Below are positions 25,658 to 34,449 of a DNA stretch of 64,000 nucleotides, piece after piece; position 1 is the first letter of the stretch; each line of letters starts with the position of its first letter. Below the pieces are notes generated by a model that was not told the origin of the DNA, made no database searches, and was given only the letters and a program-made list of their open reading frames with translations. The stretch lies in sequence record MT129652.1, one strand, 5' to 3'. The DNA is from Escherichia phage MN01. The position numbers were made by a program, and so were the translations under genes.

Positions 25658-27490
25658 ATGATGATTAATAATGAAATTAAAGTACTCTCGGACGTTGAGC
25701 ATATCAAAAAACGTTCCGGGATGTATATTGGTTCCAGTTCAAATGAAGCGCATGAGCGATTCTTGTTTGGTGAATATAAGTCCGTAAGCTATGTTCCTGG
25801 TATTGTAAAACTGATTGATGAAATTATCGATAACTCTGTTGATGAAGCAATTCGCACCAGTTTTAAATTTGCCAATAAAATTGATGTCCAAATTAAAGAT
25901 AATCAGATTTCGGTTTCCGATAATGGCCGTGGTATTCCACAGGCAATGGTTACAGACCAAAACGGTGAACAAATCCCTGGCCCTGTTGCAGCATGGACTA
26001 TTCCAAAAGCTGGTGGTAACTTCGGCGATGATGCTGAACGTAAAACTGGCGGGATGAACGGCGTCGGGTCTTCTCTGACCAATATTTTCTCTGTATTGTT
26101 TACCGGGATTACCGCTGATGGTGCAAATGAAATCACCGTTAACTGCTCCAATGGTATGGAAAACAAATGTTGGTCGACTAAGAAATCAAAAGGTAAAGGT
26201 ACGACTGTTATATTTATTCCAGACTTTAGTCACTTTGAAGAAAATAGTCTGTCCCAGATTTATCTGGATATTACATTGGACCGTCTGCAGACTCTTGCGG
26301 TTGTTTATCCGGATATTCAGTTTACCTTTAATGGTAAAAAGGTTGATGGTAATTTCAAAAAGTTTGCCAAGCAATTCGGAACCGAAGTTGTTATCCAGGA
26401 AACTGATACAGTATCGATGGCCTTTACGACTAGTCCGGATGGTTTCCGTCAGTTGACTTATGTCAACAACATTCATACAAAGAATGGTGGGCACCACGTT
26501 GAATGTGTTATGGATGATATCTGTGAACATCTTCAACCAGCCATTAAACGCAAATATAAAGGCATTGAGGTGACCAAGGCACGAGTTAAAGAATGTCTCA
26601 CCATGCTTATGTTCATCCGCGATATGAGCAACATGCGATTTGATTCCCAGACTAAGGAGCGATTGACTTCTCCGGCTGGTGAAATTCGAAATCACATTAA
26701 GATTGATGCCAAGAAAATCGCGCAAGCTATTCTGAAAAATGAACCGCTGATTATGCCGATTGTTGAAGCTGCATTAGCCCGTAAATTGGCAGCAGAGAAA
26801 GCAGCAGAGACAAAGGCGAATAAGAAAGCTTCGAAGGCCAAGGTGCAGAAACATATCAAGGCAAACGAATGGGGTAATGATAAACTGGAAACGACTCTGT
26901 TCCTGACCGAAGGTGATTCCGCAACCGGTCCATTTATCAAGGTTCGCGACCGTGAATTGCAAGGTGCTTATCCGTTACGCGGTAAGTTCAAAAACACATG
27001 GGGTCTGAAAGCTGTTGACGTTATGAAGAACGCCGAAGCCTTTGATGTGTGTGCGATTACTGGTTTAACGATTGGACAACCGGCCGAGAATATGAATTAC
27101 CGAAACATTGCTATCATGACAGATGCGGATGTGGATGGTGTCGGTAGTATCTATCCATCGTTATTGGCGTTTTTCAGTAACTGGCCAGAGTTGTTCCATG
27201 AAGGACGAATTCGCTTTGTGAAAACTCCTGTTATTATTGCGCAGCTCAAAGATAAACAAGAATGGTTCTATTCTCTTCCTGACTATGAAGAAGCTAAGGA
27301 TAAACTTCCGAAGCACACCATCCGATATATCAAGGGGCTTGGTTCTCTGGAAGATGCCGAGTACAAACGCGTATTGCTCGAACCGGTATTCGAAGTTGTT
27401 GAATTACCTGACAACTGGAAAGAACTGTTCGAAATGCTCTTCGGTAAAGATTCCCAGCAGCGTAAAGATTGGATGAATGCGACACTATAA
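25658..27490 (+). CDS. 39: DNA topoisomerase II large subunit gp39 (GyrB-like; gene 39 and 60 in one reading frame)
   Basis: 610 aa; GHKL ATPase and TOPRIM (EGDSA) motifs; single uninterrupted ORF. Confidence 0.9.
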   Translation: MMINNEIKVLSDVEHIKKRSGMYIGSSSNEAHERFLFGEYKSVSYVPGIVKLIDEIIDNSVDEAIRTSFKFANKIDVQIKDNQISVSDNGRGIPQAMVTDQNGEQIPGPVAAWTIPKAGGNFGDDAERKTGGMNGVGSSLTNIFSVLFTGITADGANEITVNCSNGMENKCWSTKKSKGKGTTVIFIPDFSHFEENSLSQIYLDITLDRLQTLAVVYPDIQFTFNGKKVDGNFKKFAKQFGTEVVIQETDTVSMAFTTSPDGFRQLTYVNNIHTKNGGHHVECVMDDICEHLQPAIKRKYKGIEVTKARVKECLTMLMFIRDMSNMRFDSQTKERLTSPAGEIRNHIKIDAKKIAQAILKNEPLIMPIVEAALARKLAAEKAAETKANKKASKAKVQKHIKANEWGNDKLETTLFLTEGDSATGPFIKVRDRELQGAYPLRGKFKNTWGLKAVDVMKNAEAFDVCAITGLTIGQPAENMNYRNIAIMTDADVDGVGSIYPSLLAFFSNWPELFHEGRIRFVKTPVIIAQLKDKQEWFYSLPDYEEAKDKLPKHTIRYIKGLGSLEDAEYKRVLLEPVFEVVELPDNWKELFEMLFGKDSQQRKDWMNATL

Positions 27491-27493
27491 ATA
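27486..27493 (+). promoter_or_regulatory. TATAAATA late-promoter-like motif
   Basis: Overlaps gene 39 stop; followed by a palindrome and small ORF 27533. Confidence 0.3.
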
Positions 27494-27496
27494 GAT

Positions 27497-27516
27497 ACGG
27501 GAGAATATTCTCCCGT
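27497..27516. repeat. 20-bp perfect palindrome
   Basis: ACGGGAGAATATTCTCCCGT just after gene 39 stop, before small ORF 27533. Confidence 0.6.
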
Positions 27517-27532
27517 CTTATAGGAGAAGTCC

Positions 27533-27685
27533 ATGAAAAAGTGGTGGGTTACGTTGTCAAATGGCGAATACGGTTATCTGTGGGCCGATACTAAACCTCT
27601 GTTTGCATCCTTTGTCACCATTATGTGCGAGACTTGGGATGGCGAATACTATACCGCATATGGGCAAGTCTATAAAGTTGAGTAG
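27533..27685 (+). CDS. small hypothetical protein (50 aa)
   Basis: SD AGGAGAA upstream; Trp/Tyr-rich; followed by terminator; not in ORF track. Confidence 0.35.
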   Translation: MKKWWVTLSNGEYGYLWADTKPLFASFVTIMCETWDGEYYTAYGQVYKVE

Positions 27686-27687
27686 CC

Positions 27688-27714
27688 AAAAGGACCTTCG
27701 GGTCCTTTTTTATT
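27688..27714 (+). terminator. rho-independent terminator
   Basis: AAAAGGACC-ttcg-GGTCCTTTTTT. Confidence 0.7.
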
Positions 27715-27715
27715 A

Positions 27716-27744
27716 TGTACAAGCCACAAAAATTACGTTAAGAT
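27716..27744 (+). promoter_or_regulatory. early promoter cassette
   Basis: TGTACA right after terminator, 17 bp, TAAGAT. Confidence 0.45.
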
Positions 27745-27761
27745 ATCCTTGAGGTGAACAT

Positions 27762-28061
27762 ATGATTATGTCTGACGGAAGTTTAGTTAATCTGCAGAAT
27801 GTTGCACGTTGTATTATGGAAGCTGGTCTGAGGAAGGTACAGGAGCTCCCAGATAGCGACAGGAAGCGAAGTTACTTGTTGGCTGTAAGAGCATCAGCCA
27901 TGAGCATTAAGGCTGGCCAGAAGGTTCCTGAGGAGCGAATTGAAGCACTCCTTGCATTGATATACCATGGCCAAGAACATAAAGCTACCATGCGTAGTAT
28001 GAGAAAAATATTGCAGGAGATTGGAAATGACAAACTTCAAAGTGAATATGGAACTGTTTGA
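27762..28061 (+). CDS. hypothetical protein
   Basis: 99 aa; SD GAGGTG; promoter cassette upstream. Confidence 0.5.
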   Translation: MIMSDGSLVNLQNVARCIMEAGLRKVQELPDSDRKRSYLLAVRASAMSIKAGQKVPEERIEALLALIYHGQEHKATMRSMRKILQEIGNDKLQSEYGTV

Positions 28062-28230
28062 TAAGGCTATCCATAAAGAATACCGTGTTATCCAACGATT
28101 TTTTGATATAAGAGAAGCTGAAGAGTTTAAAGAACGCTTCAAAGAAATCCGTATTAAAATAGCTTCAGACACCGCAACAAAGGATGAACTTCTTGAAGTT
28201 GCAGAATTAATCAAACGTAACATAAAGTGA
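28027..28230 (+). CDS. hypothetical protein (rIIA.1 position)
   Basis: 67 aa, alternate frame overlapping previous ORF end; uncertain. Confidence 0.3.
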   Translation: MTNFKVNMELFDKAIHKEYRVIQRFFDIREAEEFKERFKEIRIKIASDTATKDELLEVAELIKRNIK

Positions 28231-28237
28231 GAAAAAC

Positions 28238-30472
28238 ATGATTTTAGAAACTGAAAAGGAAACAATCCTTGGTAATGGTGCCAAGGCATCAGCATTCACA
28301 ATCCAGGCATCTCCAAAGGTGTTTAAGATTCTGACCAGCGACCTTTACACAAATAAGGTGCGTGCAGTTGTTCGTGAGCTGATTACCAATATGATTGATG
28401 CTCATATGCTCAATGGCTGTCAGGATAAATTCATTGTCCAAGCTCCTGGTGAACTGGACCCACGTTTTGTGTGTCGTGACTTTGGTCCGGGTATGAGTGA
28501 TTTCCAGATTCGTGGTGATGAAAATACTCCAGGTCTGTATAACAGTTTCTTTGCATCATCCAAGGCTGAATCCAATGATTTTATTGGTGGCTTTGGTCTG
28601 GGTTCTAAATCTCCGTTCAGTTATACAGAGACGTTTAGCCTGATTTCGTATCATGATGGCCAAGTTAATGGTTATGTCGCTTATATGGATGGCGATGGTC
28701 CACAGATTAAGCCGACCTTTAGCGAACCAATGAAACCCGGTGACCGTACGGGGATTGAAGTTGTTGTCCCGGTTGATAGTAATGATTTTGGTAAGTTCCG
28801 CCACGAGATTTCATATATCATGCGCCCATTTGCTGGACTGGCTGAAGTACAAGGCGTAGGCGAAATTAATTACTTCCCGGAATTTGATGATTATTATGCT
28901 CCAGAGCGTATTGATTATAGCAGCCCAGAACGTTATGGTCTTTATGCAATTTACGGTGGAATTGTTTATCCAATTGCCGACGGTTATACAAAGAAAACCT
29001 GGATGACCGCCAAAAATGATGTTGTCTTTATTAAGTTCCCGATGGGTTCGTTGGATATTGCACCTTCTCGCGAAGCATTATCACTGGATAAACGTACGGT
29101 CGCAAATATCGTTGAACGTATTGAATCCCTTGATAAGAAAGTCATGGAAGATGATTGTAAGAAATGGCAGGAATCAGAATGTATCCGCCACACGTATCGC
29201 GAATTACAGAGTCTGAGTTATGAAGCTCGTAATTTTCTGAAAGCTCGTAATGCTGAAACGAAATTTACGAAATCGCAATTGACCTTTAACCAGATGTATG
29301 AAATGTTCGAGCTGGACAAAGACCTTATTAATGCCGGGGTTGTCTATGATATCTATAGCACTACCCGTCTGAAACGTCTGCGTAACTCAAGCTCGAACAC
29401 GAATACTGCAAGCCTGACGAGCATGTTTGGTATTCAGAATAATACCTTGAACATTGTTATTGACGATGCTAAAGGGCGAATTGCGATGATTCGGGGCATC
29501 AGTTCAATGCTGTATGACACCAGCGCGAAAGCCAAAAAGCTCAAAGCATCTGGTAAAGTCCCGACTGTACAAGGTAGTAGTCTATTGTTCGTTGACCCAA
29601 CCAGCGAAATTCAAACACGTCTGATGGTTCAACTTCAAGAACGATTTAAAGGCGATACAGTTAATATCTATCGTACGTCTGAACTGACCGCCCTTGTAAA
29701 AGACTGGATTCCGGTTGCTGACCCGAAAGCGCGCGTTAAGTCAAAGACTCCATCATTGATTCGTTGGACTAAAACTAATGGCAAATGGCAGTCTGTTGAA
29801 GAATTTACATGTGCAGCTGATGCAGAGGAAATCGATGGTTATGCTGTATTCATTAACCGCAGTAGCATTTCCCCGTTGAATCAAGAATATGGCACCACGA
29901 CCTTCGGGACCCAGACATTGTGTAAACTGGCAAACCTGTTGGAAATCAATGAATTCTGTGTTATTCGTCCACAGCTTCAGAAAAAGGTTACCAAGCTGGC
30001 GCAGTGTGATTGTTTGATTGAAGCTGCAGTCAATCGTTATGTGGAATTGATTGATTCAGTTGATGCGGACCAGTACATTGCCGCTTCAAGCCGTTCGCGT
30101 TATTATATTCCTATCCTGTCTGAATATGCGGAACTGAATTTTATGTTCAAGTATTTTTATGCAAAAGATGTTCAGAAAGATGTGAATACTGACTATGCCG
30201 AACTAATGCAGTTCAATAAGTTCTTTGCTTATAACGCATATAACAGTGGAACGGTTGATAAGACCATGCAGGAAACTCTGGTCCTTTGTAATAAGATTTA
30301 TGACGACCTGACCAAAAACGCTTCGGTAACAAGTGATAAAATGGTTTTTGAATTTGAAAAGAATCACCCGATTGTTTCACACTTTTTATATAACCGTAAC
30401 GCCATGTCAACTGAACAAGTACAGAACGTTGCTCAAATCATGAAGGCCGTGGAAGCGGCCAATAAGGAATAA
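28238..30472 (+). CDS. rIIA: rIIA protein (GHKL-ATPase-like, membrane-associated)
   Basis: 744 aa; N-terminus matches recalled T4 rIIA (TEKETILGNG, VRELITNMIDAH). Confidence 0.9.
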   Translation: MILETEKETILGNGAKASAFTIQASPKVFKILTSDLYTNKVRAVVRELITNMIDAHMLNGCQDKFIVQAPGELDPRFVCRDFGPGMSDFQIRGDENTPGLYNSFFASSKAESNDFIGGFGLGSKSPFSYTETFSLISYHDGQVNGYVAYMDGDGPQIKPTFSEPMKPGDRTGIEVVVPVDSNDFGKFRHEISYIMRPFAGLAEVQGVGEINYFPEFDDYYAPERIDYSSPERYGLYAIYGGIVYPIADGYTKKTWMTAKNDVVFIKFPMGSLDIAPSREALSLDKRTVANIVERIESLDKKVMEDDCKKWQESECIRHTYRELQSLSYEARNFLKARNAETKFTKSQLTFNQMYEMFELDKDLINAGVVYDIYSTTRLKRLRNSSSNTNTASLTSMFGIQNNTLNIVIDDAKGRIAMIRGISSMLYDTSAKAKKLKASGKVPTVQGSSLLFVDPTSEIQTRLMVQLQERFKGDTVNIYRTSELTALVKDWIPVADPKARVKSKTPSLIRWTKTNGKWQSVEEFTCAADAEEIDGYAVFINRSSISPLNQEYGTTTFGTQTLCKLANLLEINEFCVIRPQLQKKVTKLAQCDCLIEAAVNRYVELIDSVDADQYIAASSRSRYYIPILSEYAELNFMFKYFYAKDVQKDVNTDYAELMQFNKFFAYNAYNSGTVDKTMQETLVLCNKIYDDLTKNASVTSDKMVFEFEKNHPIVSHFLYNRNAMSTEQVQNVAQIMKAVEAANKE

Positions 30473-30473
30473 T

Positions 30474-31451
30474 ATGTTTAATATCAAATGTATGTCTAAA
30501 GCCGAACAAGCTGATGTGGTCCAGATGTATTCAACGGGCAATTATACCCAGCCTGAATTGGCAGAATATTTTGCTGTGTCCGTTGACACCATTCGCCGCG
30601 TTTTGAAAAATGATAAAGAATCAAAATTAGCTAGAACCATTTCCGCATCACTGAAAGCAGCTGTTGGTGTGGCGATTAATGCTCCGGTGACAGTAACGGT
30701 TGAAGTCCCGGTTGCTGATACAATCGGCGGTAGCCGCCCGGAAATCGTATGGAACGCATCAAGCAAATTCGTTTCCATCACCGAAGGCCGCACGGTCTGG
30801 AACGCAACAAAAGACCATAAACACTTTGATGATATTATTCAGGCATTGATTGAATTCCGGTATGAAGATGCTATCGAGTTTATCTCTATCAAAGCTGCAG
30901 TGCAAAAATATGTGAAAGGTGATGTGCGTATTGAAGGTGGTAGCCTGTTCTATCAGGGAATTGAACTGCGCTCTGGTTTGGTTACTCGTATCATCGATTC
31001 AATGCAAAATGGCGAAGACTTTGAATTCTATCTGCCATTCCTTGAAAATCTCCTTGAGAACCCGAGTGAGAAAGCTGTACAGCGTTTGTTTGACTTCTTG
31101 GTTGCTAACGATATCGAAATCACCGAAGATGGCCATTTCATCGCCTGGAAAATGGTTCGTTCAACCTACAAAGATTGCCACTCAAATACATTCGACAACA
31201 GCCCTGGTCAATATGTTAAAATGCCGCGCTCTCGTGTGAATGACAATGACGAACAGACCTGTTCAACTGGGCTGCACGTTTGTTCTAAAGGTTATATCGG
31301 AAGTGGCTTTGGTCATGGTGATGGGCGCATCGTATCCTGTAAAGTTCACCCGCGCGATGTTGTAAGCATCCCGGTGGATTATTCCGATAGTAAGATGAGG
31401 GTTTGCGGTTACCTGGTTCTTGAAGATGTGACCGAACGTTTCAATGATTAA
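30474..31451 (+). CDS. rIIB: rIIB protein
   Basis: 325 aa; long blocks match recalled T4 rIIB (GDVRIEGGSLFYQ, FEFYxPFLENLLENPS, VHPRDVVSIP). Confidence 0.88.
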   Translation: MFNIKCMSKAEQADVVQMYSTGNYTQPELAEYFAVSVDTIRRVLKNDKESKLARTISASLKAAVGVAINAPVTVTVEVPVADTIGGSRPEIVWNASSKFVSITEGRTVWNATKDHKHFDDIIQALIEFRYEDAIEFISIKAAVQKYVKGDVRIEGGSLFYQGIELRSGLVTRIIDSMQNGEDFEFYLPFLENLLENPSEKAVQRLFDFLVANDIEITEDGHFIAWKMVRSTYKDCHSNTFDNSPGQYVKMPRSRVNDNDEQTCSTGLHVCSKGYIGSGFGHGDGRIVSCKVHPRDVVSIPVDYSDSKMRVCGYLVLEDVTERFND

Positions 31452-31935
31452 ACAAACAATTGCTAAAGATGGCTCGGCTCGTGGTATTGTCCACGGGCTA
31501 GGTCACACGCCTGAATACATTGTATGGATTGGCATGAAAGCTCGGTGTTGCAATCCAACACATATTAGTTATTCTCGATATGGCGGTCGGGGTATCACTG
31601 TTTGCGATGAATGGCTGCATGATTTTGAAAGATTTTATACAGATATGGGGCCACGACCCACTGACAAACATCAACTTGACCGAACAGATAACGATAAAGG
31701 GTACTCTCCCGATAACTGCAGATGGGTTAGTCCAGGCGAGAATGCTTTAAATAAGCGCCCGTATAATAACAACAAGTCTGGATTTAAAGGAGTCTCGTTT
31801 GATAAACGAGCTTTGAATAAACCATGGCGAGCCACTATTATGCGAAATAAAAAACAAATTCAAGTCGGAGCTTTTGCAACTCCAGAAGAAGCAAATGAAG
31901 CTCGATTAAAATATATGGAAGAACACAATGTCTAA
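31444..31935 (+). CDS. HNH-like/AP2-domain endonuclease (free-standing homing-endonuclease-like gene)
   Basis: 163 aa; YGGRGI.VC..W, LDRxDNDKGYxPDNCRW (HNH_3-like), C-terminal AP2-like SGFKGVSF..WRA; overlaps rIIB stop. Confidence 0.6.
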   Translation: MIKQTIAKDGSARGIVHGLGHTPEYIVWIGMKARCCNPTHISYSRYGGRGITVCDEWLHDFERFYTDMGPRPTDKHQLDRTDNDKGYSPDNCRWVSPGENALNKRPYNNNKSGFKGVSFDKRALNKPWRATIMRNKKQIQVGAFATPEEANEARLKYMEEHNV

Positions 31936-32137
31936 AGAAATGTTAGGTTTCCAAGCACGTGTAGTTGAAGAATATGACCAGCTGGTTTTGAAAATCAATG
32001 CTCTTGAAGAGTTTATCAAGGGTGGAGTTTTTGAAACTCTTGATATCCGTCAACAAGGTCTTTTGATTGCCCAACTGGATGCGATGGGCGCATATGCTCA
32101 TGTACTGGCAATCCGTATCTCTTATTTTGGTGAATAA
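31928..32137 (+). CDS. hypothetical protein
   Basis: 69 aa, helical. Confidence 0.45.
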   Translation: MSKEMLGFQARVVEEYDQLVLKINALEEFIKGGVFETLDIRQQGLLIAQLDAMGAYAHVLAIRISYFGE

Positions 32138-32140
32138 ATT

Positions 32141-32410
32141 ATGATTAAGCATTTCAATGTGTCAGACCGTGACATCAAAGTTTCAAATCTCCGGGGTCAC
32201 CATTATGCAGGAATAGTTTACTGTGGTAAGCTCATCAAGCATGAAGGTGATGTTCACTATGGCTGGTTGGAATGTGATGAAGTAGTTGTTGGGGAATTCC
32301 CTGACCCGGATTCTGATACATTTGATGCTAATGACCGTTTGTACTATGGCGAGCTTCATATCCGGGGAATCGTCGGTATCGATGAGGTAAAAGATGATTC
32401 AGAAGAGTAA
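32141..32410 (+). CDS. hypothetical protein
   Basis: 89 aa, acidic C-terminus. Confidence 0.45.
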   Translation: MIKHFNVSDRDIKVSNLRGHHYAGIVYCGKLIKHEGDVHYGWLECDEVVVGEFPDPDSDTFDANDRLYYGELHIRGIVGIDEVKDDSEE

Positions 32411-32987
32411 AACATGGGAGCATCTGAAAAAGATGCCCTCCTTTCTTTATACAAAAGAAGACTTAACCCCTGAATCTCTACAAAAGATTGTAGACACAGC
32501 CAGGTATTCATTGCGTAAAGACCCAGGTCAAGACCGTGAGCAAGTCATGCAAAGATGTATGGTGGCTACAATGGCCGAACAAGCTATTGCTAAATGGACC
32601 TCCGGCTTTTTATGTGGCGGCGATGAAGATTACGATAATCCTTATTCCTTTGCATTTGATGTAGTTTCGAAGGAAGGAGTAAGAATCGAAGTCAAGACCC
32701 ATCAGTCTGGTTCCAAATGGATATCCGTGCATACTGGCCACCAGGGTGATTATCCACATGGTTACGGGATTAATCTTGGTCCTTTTATGCAGCACAAGCT
32801 TGCCGACCTTATGATTATGCTCGATGTAAAAGAGACTCTCAAAGGTTATAGATTTAAACCAAAATTCCTTGCTGGACCTGGTGCTTTCGTTCCTGAGTCT
32901 GGTCTTGTGCAGAAGTCACAAGGGGATGGCTGGTACCTCCGTTCTTGTTCAGAAGAAAAATTTCCCTATCACCGGTTTACAAGCTGA
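32394..32987 (+). CDS. hypothetical protein with PD-(D/E)xK-like motif (possible nuclease)
   Basis: 197 aa; AFDVV...RIEVKT resembles D...(D/E)xK core; near where T4 has denB; unverified. Confidence 0.5.
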   Translation: MIQKSKTWEHLKKMPSFLYTKEDLTPESLQKIVDTARYSLRKDPGQDREQVMQRCMVATMAEQAIAKWTSGFLCGGDEDYDNPYSFAFDVVSKEGVRIEVKTHQSGSKWISVHTGHQGDYPHGYGINLGPFMQHKLADLMIMLDVKETLKGYRFKPKFLAGPGAFVPESGLVQKSQGDGWYLRSCSEEKFPYHRFTS

Positions 32988-33004
32988 ACCAACCATGTAA
33001 TAAT
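32976..33004 (+). promoter_or_regulatory. early promoter (GTTTACA type)
   Basis: GTTTACA, 17 bp, AATAAT with TG two bases upstream. Confidence 0.45.
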
Positions 33005-33032
33005 GTCCTCACACCAACAAATGAGGACATTA
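33001..33032 (+). promoter_or_regulatory. perfect 11-bp stem hairpin sequestering the SD of ORF 33035
   Basis: TAATGTCCTCA-(10 nt loop)-TGAGGACATTA; GAGGA SD lies in the 3-prime arm, ATG 3 nt downstream. Confidence 0.6.
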
Positions 33033-33034
33033 TC

Positions 33035-33310
33035 ATGGAACAAGTTACTACTCAAAACATCAAACAAATTCTTATTCAAGCACTCAAAAACAACAACATC
33101 AATTTTCCAACCCATGAAATTTTTGATGTGGTATTCAACGAAGTCCAGGGTCAAGTTGCATATTATGACGTTATCATTTATCTTTCAGAATTTGAAGTCT
33201 ACCACCTGACTGAAATCGCTTTCTATCTCTATCGTGGGACTGCAGATTTTACCGGGGTCGTGAATGCAGTTGGTGCATATAAAGAAGTTAAAGAACAAAT
33301 GCACAATTAA
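33035..33310 (+). CDS. hypothetical protein
   Basis: 91 aa from ATG just after a perfect 11-bp hairpin covering the SD. Confidence 0.5.
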   Translation: MEQVTTQNIKQILIQALKNNNINFPTHEIFDVVFNEVQGQVAYYDVIIYLSEFEVYHLTEIAFYLYRGTADFTGVVNAVGAYKEVKEQMHN

Positions 33311-33321
33311 TTAAAAAGTAG

Positions 33322-33350
33322 TGTACATCAGTATGGAGTCTATGTATAAT
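33322..33350 (+). promoter_or_regulatory. early promoter cassette
   Basis: AAAAGTAGTGTACA, 17 bp, TATAAT; leader CCATACTGAGTTACCAAA. Confidence 0.55.
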
Positions 33351-33386
33351 GATTCCATACTGAGTTACCAAATACTGGAGAATAAA

Positions 33387-33542
33387 ATGAAACCTGCTCA
33401 ATATGCAATGACTTTATACCTTGAAGTTAATGGCGATATTACTGAATTTTTTAAATTAATGCAACAGCGCGGAAAAAGTTTTGCAGTTACTGAGCGTCAA
33501 TTTTACGCGTGTCGCAAAAATACATACAATCGTTATGCATGA
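33387..33542 (+). CDS. small hypothetical protein (51 aa)
   Basis: SD GGAG; promoter cassette upstream; track ORF 33321 trimmed. Confidence 0.4.
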   Translation: MKPAQYAMTLYLEVNGDITEFFKLMQQRGKSFAVTERQFYACRKNTYNRYA

Positions 33543-33552
33543 GGAAAATAAA

Positions 33553-33813
33553 ATGGATATCAAATTATATTACGCTAAACACAAAGTTACAGGTAAAGTT
33601 GTTGCTGCTATGTACGATGCATCAGGTGAAGATGTTACTACGGAATTATCCCTTTCTAATTGTAGATTTCTTCGTCCTTTGCTAGCGTCAAAAAAAGATT
33701 TACAAAAACTTATCGACGGTAAATTAGATAATGTCGATGGTATAGATATTCATTATGAACTCCGCCATGCACTGACTGATGGGTTTATGGAAATAAAAGA
33801 GATAGTATTATGA
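33553..33813 (+). CDS. hypothetical protein
   Basis: 86 aa from SD-preceded ATG. Confidence 0.5.
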   Translation: MDIKLYYAKHKVTGKVVAAMYDASGEDVTTELSLSNCRFLRPLLASKKDLQKLIDGKLDNVDGIDIHYELRHALTDGFMEIKEIVL

Positions 33814-33904
33814 GTAGCAAAACTTGGTGCCTTATCTGGATATTGTGTATCCCAGTAATTTGCGTTTGTTTTAGTTTATTATTAATGAAACTTGCATAAA
33901 AGAG

Positions 33905-33955
33905 TATACATCTCCAGTGGTTGTAGTATAATGAACCTATCAACTACTGGAGATG
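33905..33955 (+). promoter_or_regulatory. early promoter cassette with 10-bp inverted repeat
   Basis: TATACA, about 16 bp, TATAAT; CATCTCCAGT...ACTGGAGATG brackets -10 and leader. Confidence 0.4.
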
Positions 33956-33958
33956 ATT

Positions 33959-34075
33959 ATGAAAAAGTTACTTAAAGCCATTTGGAACATGTTTGTACTG
34001 TTTGTTGTCCTGAGCATTTTCCCAATTGTTTTTATGATTGACCATGTACGTGTTTACTTTAACTATTTCTTTTGA
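33959..34075 (+). CDS. small membrane peptide (38 aa)
   Basis: SD GGAG; hydrophobic; promoter cassette upstream; not in ORF track. Confidence 0.3.
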   Translation: MKKLLKAIWNMFVLFVVLSIFPIVFMIDHVRVYFNYFF

Positions 34076-34085
34076 GGATAATATT

Positions 34086-34232
34086 ATGATAGTTATGAAA
34101 AAGTTTAAAGAATATCATTGCTATGAATGTGGCAAAAAGATTGATTCTATTCATTCATTAAGCGTCTTTTCTTTTGATAATTTAAACTATGCACACATTT
34201 GGTGCCTTCGTGGAATGACTAAATTTAACTGA
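34086..34232 (+). CDS. small Cys/His protein (48 aa)
   Basis: CYECGKK ... HIWC pattern suggests a small zinc finger; SD GAGGA. Confidence 0.35.
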   Translation: MIVMKKFKEYHCYECGKKIDSIHSLSVFSFDNLNYAHIWCLRGMTKFN

Positions 34233-34242
34233 GGATAATATT

Positions 34243-34449
34243 ATGAATTACAATTCACAATTTCAGAAATCCAATCGTCGCTTTGACTTTATGTTCAAGT
34301 TTATCATGGCGATGATTATCCTGATTTTCATTGGTGCCATTGCAATGATTGGTTTCCAGCTCTGGATTGCTGCTGAAGTGTTCACACAAATCCAGGATAA
34401 TGGTTTGAAGTCTGTTGTTGATGTAATTTGGAATGGAGCTAAGCAATGA
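34243..34449 (+). CDS. small membrane protein
   Basis: 68 aa with long hydrophobic helix; SD GAGGA. Confidence 0.45.
   Translation: MNYNSQFQKSNRRFDFMFKFIMAMIILIFIGAIAMIGFQLWIAAEVFTQIQDNGLKSVVDVIWNGAKQ

Noticed and set aside
26186-26725. 179-aa minus-strand ORF inside gene 39, and similar antisense ORFs in nrdB (61346..61915), rnlA (62898..63506) and ORF 25188 (25208..25702)
   Set aside because: All lie antisense within well-supported plus-strand genes and lack ribosome-binding sites.
27561-27752. 63-aa track ORF spanning a terminator hairpin
   Set aside because: Crosses the UUCG terminator and promoter cassette, has no SD; the in-frame small ORF 27533..27685 with SD is preferred.
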